DNA of 33,643 bases from an uncultured archaeon (GTDB taxonomy: Archaea > Aenigmatarchaeota > Aenigmatarchaeia > CG10238-14 > SCSR01): contig CAZERL010000003.1 of NCBI GenBank assembly GCA_964514495.1, positions 1 through 33,643 of the forward strand, written 5' to 3'. Positions within the stretch are counted from its first letter, which is position 1. The number at the start of each line of letters is the position of its first letter. Below the pieces are notes generated by a model. The model was not told the origin of the DNA, did not search any database, and saw only the letters and a list, made by a program, of their open reading frames with translations. The translations under genes were made by a program, and so were the position numbers. Below are positions 25,973 through 33,643 of this stretch, piece after piece.

Positions 25973-27232
25973 ATGACAAAGGAAGTTTTTTACAGGTTGA
26001 CAAAAGAGGGTAATGAATATTTAGAAAGGGGTTTGCCAGAAAAGAACCTTGTTGATTTCCTAAACAACCATCCTAAAAAATCTATCAAAATCGAAAAAGC
26101 AATTGCCCATGTGAAGAATTTTTCTATTGCATTGAAGTGGGCTATGGACAAAGGATGGGTCGATAGGGAAAGGGATGAAATTTTCCTTGTAAAGATGCCT
26201 AGAGAACTACCAGAACAGCAGGCTTTGGAGAAGATAGGGAAAAATGAAACTATTGATGACAAATTATTGGAAATTTTACTGCAAAGAAAATTGGCTGAAA
26301 AGGCTGTGATTAGTGATGTTGATAAATTAATTGGGAAGGAGGTAACGGATGTTACACCAGAATTGTTGAAGACCGGGATATGGAAACAAGTCAAGTTCAA
26401 ACCTTATAATGTTGAAGCTGTGGGAAAGAAGGTTTATGCAGGCAAGAGACAACCCTATAACCGATTTTTAAAACAGGTCAGACAGAGTTTAGTTGAATTG
26501 GGCTTTGAAGAGATGACTGGTCCTTTGATTGAAACAGAATTTTGGAACTTCGACAGCCTGTACCAGCCGCAAAACCATCCTGCGAGGGATTGGACACAAA
26601 CATATCAGTTAAAATATCCAAAGGTAGGTCAATTGCCAAACAAAAATATTGTTGATAATGTAAAGAAGGCACATGAAACTGGCGTATCTGGCAGTACTGG
26701 TTGGGGATATAAATGGAATCCTAGAATTGCTATGAGATTGATGCCAAGAGCTCATGGCACTGCATTATCAGCAAGGATATTAGCAAGTAAACCAAAAATT
26801 CCTGGAAAGTATTTTGCAATGGTGAGATGTTTTAGACCTGATATCATAGATGCTACTCACGGCGTTGAATTCAACCAAACAGAAGGCATAGTCCTTGATG
26901 AAAGTTTGAATTTTAAACATCTGCTTGGAATTTTGAAGATGTTTGCAATGGAAATTGCTGGCGCCGAAAAAGTAAAATTTATTCCAGACTACTATCCGTT
27001 CACAGAGGTAAGCTGCCAATTGTCAGCGTTGCATCCTGATCTAGGGTGGATTGAATTTGGTGGTTCAGGTATATTCAGGGAGGAGCTGACAAAACCGCTG
27101 GGTGTGGATGTGCCTGTATTGGCATGGGGAATTGGTATCGATAGATTGGCAATGTTTAAACTCGGAATAAAGGATATACGCCATTTGTTCAGTCAAAACT
27201 TGGAGTGGTTAAGGAACCAAAAGGTGTTGTGA
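25973..27232 (+). CDS. pheS: Phenylalanyl-tRNA synthetase alpha subunit
   Basis: LT.EG.EYLE.GLPE, FWNFD.LYQPQ.HPARD, FRPD..DATH..EF.Q.EG, YYPFTE, WGIG.DRLAM. Confidence 0.96.
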   Translation: MTKEVFYRLTKEGNEYLERGLPEKNLVDFLNNHPKKSIKIEKAIAHVKNFSIALKWAMDKGWVDRERDEIFLVKMPRELPEQQALEKIGKNETIDDKLLEILLQRKLAEKAVISDVDKLIGKEVTDVTPELLKTGIWKQVKFKPYNVEAVGKKVYAGKRQPYNRFLKQVRQSLVELGFEEMTGPLIETEFWNFDSLYQPQNHPARDWTQTYQLKYPKVGQLPNKNIVDNVKKAHETGVSGSTGWGYKWNPRIAMRLMPRAHGTALSARILASKPKIPGKYFAMVRCFRPDIIDATHGVEFNQTEGIVLDESLNFKHLLGILKMFAMEIAGAEKVKFIPDYYPFTEVSCQLSALHPDLGWIEFGGSGIFREELTKPLGVDVPVLAWGIGIDRLAMFKLGIKDIRHLFSQNLEWLRNQKVL

Positions 27233-28885
27233 ATGCCGACTATAGAAGTTTCACACAATGATTTGTGCAGTTTAATTGGGAAGAAACTATCTTTAGGGGA
27301 ATTGAAGGATGCGATGCTATTTGCAAAGGGCGAGATAGATTCGGAAGACGGGGACTTATTGAAAATTGACATCAAAGATACGAATCGCCCGGATTTGTGG
27401 TCTGCTGAAGGAATCGCAAGAGAGATTCAAGGTAGATACACAAAAGAGATTGGTTGCCCTAGGTATTCTGTTGGCAAATCCAATGTAGTTGTCAAAGTAG
27501 ATAAGAAGATGAAAAATGTTAGACCTTATACTGTCTGTGTAGTTGCAAGGAATTTGAAATTAAACAAAGATTCTTTATCACAATTAATTCAGTTGCAAAA
27601 CAAAGTTGATCAAACATTTGGAAGAAATAGAAAGGAAGTTTCATCCGGATACTACGACCTAGATAAGATAAAACCACCAATAAAATTTACTACAGTAAAG
27701 TCAGATGGAATAAAATTTGTACCTTTAGAATTTGAAGAGGAGTTAACACCGAAAGAAATTTTAGAAAAACATCCAAAAGGTAAAGAATTTGGACATTTGC
27801 TAGCAGGCTATAAAGAGTACCCAATATTCCTAGATGCAAACGGTGAAGTTCTTTCAATAGTACCGATAATTAATTCTAATACTTCTGGTCAAATCACTGG
27901 AAAAACTAGAAATATATTTTTGGAATGCTCTGGATTCAACCTAAAGTTCTTAGTGCCGGCATTGAACGTGATGGCATGCGCTTTAGCTGACAGAGGCGCT
28001 AGGATAGAAACTGTCAAAGTGGTATATCCGGACAAAACAATGATAACGCCTGACCTTACACCAAAAAAATCTTCCGTAGAAATAGACTACCTAAATAAAA
28101 TTTCTGGACTAGGTTTAACGACAAAACAAATAATTCACTTGTTACAGCAAGCGAGATACGATTCAAAAGTGAAAGGTAACAGAATAGAAGTCTTATACCC
28201 TGCTTACAGGCAAGATATGATGCATCAAAGGGATGTCGTTGAAGATGCGATAATCTCTTATGGTTATAATAGAATTGAGCCGACTCCTCCCCGAATAGCC
28301 ACTATTGGCGGTGAAAGCAAATTATCAAAAGTTTCCGATAAAATTGCGGAGATAATGGTCGGCTTGGGATTGCAAGAAATATTGTCGTATACTTTGACTA
28401 ATAATAAGAACCTTTTTGATAAAATGAATTTCAAGGAAGAAAAAATTGTGGAGATAGAAAATGCTGTATCAGAAAATTGGAATGTTTTCAGGAATTGGCT
28501 GCTTCCAGGTATAATGGAATTTCTGTCTGCAAACAAGCATGTAGAATATCCGCAGAAGATTTTTGAAATTGGTGATGTTGTGATTATAGACCAAGGCAAG
28601 GAAACGAAAACTAAAGATGTAAGAAAACTGGCATGCGCTATTGCTGATAGTAATGCCGGTTATCAAGAAATTTCCTCTGTGCTGGAAGAATATTTGTTGA
28701 ATTTAGGTGTTGATTACAAGTTGAAAGCTATTGCACATGATTCGTTTATTGCTGGCAGATGCGCGAGCATAATAGTTGATGGAAAGCAAGTAGGTATAAT
28801 TGGGGAGATGCATCCGCAAGTTTTGGAAAATTGGAAGCTAGAAGTGCCTGTTGCAGCTTTTGAAGTTGATTTAGAGTTTATTTAG
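27233..28885 (+). CDS. pheT: Phenylalanyl-tRNA synthetase beta subunit (archaeal type)
   Basis: MPTIEV, NRPDLWSAEGIAR, RPY, PAYRQD..HQ.DVVED..I.YGYN, KIFEIG, GEMHP.VL. Confidence 0.96.
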   Translation: MPTIEVSHNDLCSLIGKKLSLGELKDAMLFAKGEIDSEDGDLLKIDIKDTNRPDLWSAEGIAREIQGRYTKEIGCPRYSVGKSNVVVKVDKKMKNVRPYTVCVVARNLKLNKDSLSQLIQLQNKVDQTFGRNRKEVSSGYYDLDKIKPPIKFTTVKSDGIKFVPLEFEEELTPKEILEKHPKGKEFGHLLAGYKEYPIFLDANGEVLSIVPIINSNTSGQITGKTRNIFLECSGFNLKFLVPALNVMACALADRGARIETVKVVYPDKTMITPDLTPKKSSVEIDYLNKISGLGLTTKQIIHLLQQARYDSKVKGNRIEVLYPAYRQDMMHQRDVVEDAIISYGYNRIEPTPPRIATIGGESKLSKVSDKIAEIMVGLGLQEILSYTLTNNKNLFDKMNFKEEKIVEIENAVSENWNVFRNWLLPGIMEFLSANKHVEYPQKIFEIGDVVIIDQGKETKTKDVRKLACAIADSNAGYQEISSVLEEYLLNLGVDYKLKAIAHDSFIAGRCASIIVDGKQVGIIGEMHPQVLENWKLEVPVAAFEVDLEFI

Positions 28886-29642
28886 TCATCCACCCAACTA
28901 ACCAACCAACTAACCCTTGATGTACTGCATGAAATTCTTTGCCGACCAAATGGTGAGCCACCCGTCTAATTTCTACTGATGCTGGGGAATTTGGATAGAA
29001 ATCCAAAATAGGTTTTTTGGCAGCTATAGATTTTGGAACATTCTTGTCTTCCGGTATCTCTGCCATAACTTGGCTGCCAAGTATTTCTTCCACCTCCCAT
29101 CTTTTCAATTCTTCCGATTTACGATTAACCCTGTTTATAACCGTCCCTAAAGTTTTCTTACCAATTTTTTGGGCGAATTTCAAAGTTTTCAAAGCATCCG
29201 CAACTGATGGTAAATCAGGATTCGTCACAACAAGAACTTCATCTGCAGCCTGTAATGCTGTTATAGCTTCTTTACCTAGACTTGGGGCGCAGTCCAGCAA
29301 AATAAAATCTGACTTATCAGAAAGGTAAGATGTGACGTTTGGCAATCGTGTTATATCCACATCCACCAAGTCTTTGACCGAAATGCTGCCTGGGATTACT
29401 TTGAACCCCAAAGGATGAGCATAGGTTGCATATTTTAATGAAGTCGTGCCTCTTAGAACATCGTGCAAAGTTTTTGGAACTAAGTGCATGCCCAAATGAA
29501 ACCCCAGATGTGGTGTTGTAATATTCGCATCTACAAGTGTTACGTCATGGCCTAACTCAGTTAAAGCATATCCTAAATTTGCCGTTAAAGTAGTCTTCCC
29601 TATACCGCCTTTACCTGACACGATACCAATTACTCTTGACAT
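28878..29642 (-). CDS. minD: MinD-family ATPase (archaeal cell division ATPase-like)
   Basis: VSGKGGIGKTT deviant Walker A, LVDAN, LLDC, VTNPD.PSV.DALK, IPED. Confidence 0.9.
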   Translation of the reverse strand: MSRVIGIVSGKGGIGKTTLTANLGYALTELGHDVTLVDANITTPHLGFHLGMHLVPKTLHDVLRGTTSLKYATYAHPLGFKVIPGSISVKDLVDVDITRLPNVTSYLSDKSDFILLDCAPSLGKEAITALQAADEVLVVTNPDLPSVADALKTLKFAQKIGKKTLGTVINRVNRKSEELKRWEVEEILGSQVMAEIPEDKNVPKSIAAKKPILDFYPNSPASVEIRRVAHHLVGKEFHAVHQGLVGWLVGWMTK

Positions 29643-29710
29643 TACAAATTAAAGTTGGTTTTATAAGTAAAAAGGTTTATGTTTAGATGATCGTTTTAAT
29701 TTAAGAGAGT

Positions 29711-30622
29711 ATGATTAGGCTTGCGGTTGGAGTTGATATTGGGGGCACTAACCTAAGAGTTTGTCTAGGCGATGAGAGGGGGAAGATAAAAACTAAACTA
29801 TCAGAAAAACTGGATGTCGAAAATAAAAATTCTGTTGTTGAGCAGATTACAAGATTAATAAAATCCTTAGGGGGTGACTTTTCTGCTATAGGAATCGGTT
29901 CTATAGGTTTGTTGGATTTGAGAAAGGGTGAACTTTCTAAGCCAGTTCATATACCTTTCAAAAATATTCCTATCGTTAAGTTGTTGAAAAAAGAGTTTGG
30001 TGTTCCTGTATATCTTGTTAACGACTGTGATGCTGGTGTGATTGGAGAGAAATTTTTTGGTTTAGGAAAGAATGAGGAGAATTTAGCATACCTAACTATC
30101 AGCACTGGTATCGGATGCGGAGTGATTTTAAACGGAAGATTGCTTTTGGGTAAAGATGGTAATGCAACCGAGGTAGGCCATATTACAGTTGATTTGGGCA
30201 AGAAATTAAAATGTGGCTGCGGCGGATACGGGCATTGGGAGGCTTATTGCTCAGGAAGAAATATCCCTAATTTTGTCAGAGTGGTTGCTGAAAACGATTC
30301 AAGATTTAATTCGATTGCTACTGAGCAATTTTTCGATAAGGCAAAATCTAAAGATAAGGTGGCTATGGAAATTGTAGATAAACTAGGCGAGATAAATGCG
30401 ATTGGTATTTCAAACATCAATGCCGCCTATGACGTTTCTTTGGTTACGGTTGGTGGGAGTGTTCCTTTGAAAAATAGAGATTTGATTTTAAACCCGATTT
30501 TAAAGTATTTGCCGAAGTATTCGATAAACAGAATTCCTAAAGTTGAATTAACACCACTAGGAGAAGATATTATTTTATATGGGACTTTGGCGTTAGCATT
30601 AAATCCTACAATTTTAAAGTAG
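29711..30622 (+). CDS. ROK-family sugar kinase (glucokinase-like)
   Basis: GVDIGGTN, NDCDA..IGE, ISTGIG.G, EVGH, CGCGGYGHWEAYCSG. Confidence 0.9.
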   Translation: MIRLAVGVDIGGTNLRVCLGDERGKIKTKLSEKLDVENKNSVVEQITRLIKSLGGDFSAIGIGSIGLLDLRKGELSKPVHIPFKNIPIVKLLKKEFGVPVYLVNDCDAGVIGEKFFGLGKNEENLAYLTISTGIGCGVILNGRLLLGKDGNATEVGHITVDLGKKLKCGCGGYGHWEAYCSGRNIPNFVRVVAENDSRFNSIATEQFFDKAKSKDKVAMEIVDKLGEINAIGISNINAAYDVSLVTVGGSVPLKNRDLILNPILKYLPKYSINRIPKVELTPLGEDIILYGTLALALNPTILK

Positions 30623-30721
30623 TGCCCCCGGAGGGATTTGAACCCTCGACCTTCTCCTGACTCCAAATTTAGAAGGGAGCTGCTATAGACTTTCCATCTA
30701 TCCGAACTGAGCTACAGGGGC
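30623..30721 (-). tRNA. tRNA-Arg(UCU) with two introns (13 nt in D-arm, 30685-30697; 11 nt at 37/38, 30659-30669)
   Basis: Acceptor GCCCCTG/CGGGGGC, T-arm GAGGG-TTCAAAT-CCCTC, anticodon TCT at 30673-30671, A20; removing both inserts gives a 75-nt cloverleaf; no encoded CCA. Confidence 0.88.
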
Positions 30722-31046
30722 TTAAATTAATTATAGACTTTTTGTGTGAAATAGTTTATATTGTCTTTAATGTGATGTACATAAAAAATATTTAAACCTA
30801 TGTTTGCTAATTATATAACAGAAATAACCTTGGTGTTATTTATGAGTTGGGAAATAGGCGCTAAAAATTCGTTAGTAAGCAAATTTTCCACTCATGTCTA
30901 TAAGTTCATCAGGATGTTCTGGCCTCTATCTGCTCTAAAGATTATTACAAAGGGGCGATGGGGGAGGATTCTGCAAGGCAGCAGAGGACCCATGTACGGA
31001 GTTGTTTCCTAGAAGTTTCTAATTCGTTTCTAGAGGTGCATCGAGT

Positions 31047-31253
31047 GTGAGTTTTGGTTTACCAATTCGTACGTTTCGCTACAACGGATTAGACGTTCAG
31101 CTGATACCTAGAAATCGTCGTGATACTTATCATCTTCAAGTCAGAGGGGAGGAAGATTACACACCTAGAATAACAAATCATGAAAGACGAGATTTGCTTA
31201 AAGACAGAAGAGTTGAAGAAATTTTAAGGAAATATTTTAAACCAAGGAGATGA
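31047..31253 (+). CDS. Hypothetical small basic protein
   Basis: 68-aa ORF with GTG start; GAGGTG lies upstream; no recognisable motif. Confidence 0.4.
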   Translation: MSFGLPIRTFRYNGLDVQLIPRNRRDTYHLQVRGEEDYTPRITNHERRDLLKDRRVEEILRKYFKPRR

Positions 31254-31631
31254 AAATTAAATGGATATATGCTACAGAAACGATCGGTCGCCGATATTAG
31301 TAAGAAAGGTGATGACGCCCGAAGGTAAAAGACGAGGAGTATTTACGACCAAAATAATAGTCCAGTCAGTAAAATAGTTCAAGGAGAACTGTATAAAGCA
31401 AAACTTAATGGAACACATAGAGACGTCGTCGCAGGACCTAACGAAATAATGTACCTCTTAGACGAAAAGGACCCGATAGAAGATGTGGAAGACCCGAGAA
31501 CACGTGCAGTTCGGGCAATGCTTAAGGATGTTGGATTTGATATGGGAAGTGGAACCTATCACTATACTCCACCCCACTTTTCTTCTTAAGAAAGTTGTAA
31601 CCTTTTATTTTATCCTTAATAAGTGTTATTA

Positions 31632-33643
31632 ATGGATTTCAAAAAAATCGAAAAGAAATGGCAAGCTAAATGGGAGAAAGCTAAAATTTTTGAAGCTAAT
31701 GTGAATCCGAAGAAGAAAAAATTCTTCACTTCAAACATAATTCCTTACGTCAATGGCAATATCCATATCGGTCATTCATTTACATACACAAGGGTTGATG
31801 CGTATGCTAGATTCAAAAGAATGCAAGGATTCAACACATGTTTAGCTCAAGGATTCCATGCTACAGGTGAACCAATTATCGGAACTGTGAAGAGATTAAA
31901 AAAGGGTGATAAAGATCAAATAGAGACTTTCAAGATATATGGAGCTAGTGATAAAGATATACAGAATTTCAAAAAACTTGGGGCTGAAGAAGTTGCGAAA
32001 TTTTGGACTAAACATATTACTGAAACGATGAAATTAATGGGTTATTCAGTTGACTGGAGAAGAAAATTCATTCTTTCCATAACTCCTGAGTTTAGTAGAT
32101 TCGTGGAATGGCAGTATAATACACTAAGGAAGAAAGGTTATGTGATCCAAGGAACCCACCCTGTAATCTGGTGCCCTCAAGACCAATCGCCCACAGGTGA
32201 CCATGACAGGCTAAAAGGTGAAGGGGAGTCTATCAAAGATTTCATCTGGGTTAAATTCAGATTGAGGGGCTCTGATCTCATATTGATGGCTGGTACAACA
32301 AGACCGGATGCCTTACTTGGCCAAGTGAATCTTTGGGTTGACCCAAGTGCGACGTACATGATTGTAAAAGTAGGTGACGAAAAGTGGGTTGTGGGAAAGG
32401 AGTCCATCATAAAAATAGAGGACCAGTACAAAAAACCAGAAATAATAGGCACTATAAAAGCTACGGAACTTATAGGCAAATGGGTAAAAGGGCCGATTGT
32501 TGATTATGAACTTTACATATTGCCAGCTTCGTTTATTGATGCGGATGTGGGTTCGGGTATTGTATATTCTGCACTGGAAGATCCTGTTGACTTGATAGAA
32601 CTGAAAAAACTCCAGAGTTCTCCTGCAATCCTAAAGAAATATGGTTTGGACTCAAATGTTGTTTCCAAGCTTAAGCCAATTTCAATAATCAATATCCCTG
32701 GAATGGGTGATGACTTGGGGCAGGACATAATTGATGAATTTGGTGTCAAGTCAGAAAATGATAAAGAAAAACTAGAAGCGGCTAAAGGCGAACTCAACAG
32801 GCGTGTATTCAGAAAAGGTATCATGAAGGAAAATTGCAAAAAATATGCTGGGATGACTGTTCCTGAAGCACAGGCTGTTTTAAAAAAGGATTTAATAAAC
32901 TCAAAAGACTCCATCATGTTTTACGAAATGACTGGGGAGGTTATCTGCAGATGCACTACAAAATGCCATGTGAAGGTGCTAGAAAAACAGTGGTTTTTGA
33001 AATTTTCCGATAAAGAATGGAAAGAAAAGGTCAAGAAATGCATAAGCCAAATGGTGTTTTACCCTGAAGCGGCGCGGCTACAATTTCTAAATACAGTAGA
33101 TTGGCTTGATGACAAAGCATGTGCAAGAAAAAGTGGTCTGGGAACAAAACTGCCGTGGGATAAAGAATGGATTGTCGAAACGTTGAGTGATTCTGTAATA
33201 TATATGGCCTATTATACAATAGCTCGGGTTATCAACGAGAATAAAATATCAGCTGATAAGTTGACAGATGAGGTGTTTGATTATATCTTTGTTAACAAAG
33301 GAGATTTGAAAAGCGTTAGCAGGAGCTCTGGCTTAAATGAAAAATTGATAAAGGAAATGAAAGATGAGTTTGAATATTTCTACCCTCTTGATTTGAGAAG
33401 TTCTGGAAAAGATTTGTTGCAAAATCACCTGACATATGCACTATTCCATCATGTAGCAATATGGGACGATTCCAAATATTGGCCGAGGGCCTATGGTGTC
33501 AATGGATTTGTAAAAGTCCATGGAGAAAAGATGGCAAAGTCTAAAGGTAACATCATCCCATTAAAGGACTTGATAGAGGAATATGGTACTGACCTAGTTA
33601 GAATAAACATCACAACAGCAAACGAGAACATGGATGATGCAGA
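31632..33643 (+). CDS. leuS: Leucyl-tRNA synthetase, archaeal type (runs off window)
   Basis: Manual translation MDFKKIEKKWQAKW...PYVNGNIHIGH (HIGH), TTRP editing motif, GKDLLQNHL, GEKMAKSKGN (KMSKS). Confidence 0.95.
   Translation, partial: MDFKKIEKKWQAKWEKAKIFEANVNPKKKKFFTSNIIPYVNGNIHIGHSFTYTRVDAYARFKRMQGFNTCLAQGFHATGEPIIGTVKRLKKGDKDQIETFKIYGASDKDIQNFKKLGAEEVAKFWTKHITETMKLMGYSVDWRRKFILSITPEFSRFVEWQYNTLRKKGYVIQGTHPVIWCPQDQSPTGDHDRLKGEGESIKDFIWVKFRLRGSDLILMAGTTRPDALLGQVNLWVDPSATYMIVKVGDEKWVVGKESIIKIEDQYKKPEIIGTIKATELIGKWVKGPIVDYELYILPASFIDADVGSGIVYSALEDPVDLIELKKLQSSPAILKKYGLDSNVVSKLKPISIINIPGMGDDLGQDIIDEFGVKSENDKEKLEAAKGELNRRVFRKGIMKENCKKYAGMTVPEAQAVLKKDLINSKDSIMFYEMTGEVICRCTTKCHVKVLEKQWFLKFSDKEWKEKVKKCISQMVFYPEAARLQFLNTVDWLDDKACARKSGLGTKLPWDKEWIVETLSDSVIYMAYYTIARVINENKISADKLTDEVFDYIFVNKGDLKSVSRSSGLNEKLIKEMKDEFEYFYPLDLRSSGKDLLQNHLTYALFHHVAIWDDSKYWPRAYGVNGFVKVHGEKMAKSKGNIIPLKDLIEEYGTDLVRINITTANENMDDA

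Noticed and set aside
25-33219. Numerous antisense or overlapping ORFs in the ORF track (e.g. 2788-3312, 4279-4878, 7083-7577, 11410-11961, 21185-21676, 32513-32917)
   Set aside because: Shadow frames of well-supported genes, with no motifs or SD signals.
1-33643. CRISPR array, rRNA, transposase or integrase
   Set aside because: No regularly spaced repeats, rRNA-like sequence or recombinase motifs were seen.

Overview
Archaeal genomic window, tentatively a reduced DPANN-type lineage (inference only). The left end is the conserved translation/transcription cluster (rps27ae partial, rps24e, spt4, rpoE', PIN protein, aIF2-gamma, rps6e), interrupted by a membrane H+-pyrophosphatase and a pilin. 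The centre is an ~18 kb, visibly AT-richer aromatic amino acid supercluster: aspartate kinase, asd, ADH synthase, DHQ synthase II, aroD/E/K/A/C, chorismate mutase, pheA, aminotransferase, tyrA, then a wHTH gene, trpE, apt-like, trpG/D/C/B/A, with no trpF. It runs directly into trpS-pheS-pheT. The right end has minD, a ROK kinase, a two-intron tRNA-Arg(UCU), short orphan ORFs and a partial leuS. The main finding is an apparent amino-acid-sensing +1 ribosomal frameshift system. Three genes (aspartate kinase, wHTH, trpE) have their best ATG in a short out-of-frame ORF containing the cassette [SD-like GGTGA]-N4-(C/G)TT-[aromatic codon]. A +1 slip there enters the enzyme frame. The common-pathway operon carries three tandem cassettes (Trp, Tyr, Phe) at 21-nt spacing, whereas the trp genes carry Trp-only cassettes. 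An upstream W/Y/F-rich leader peptide with alternative hairpins, a palindromic operator, and the complete absence of Trp and Tyr from aspartate kinase and Asd support this reading. The motifs are seen directly in the sequence; the mechanism is inferred and untested.
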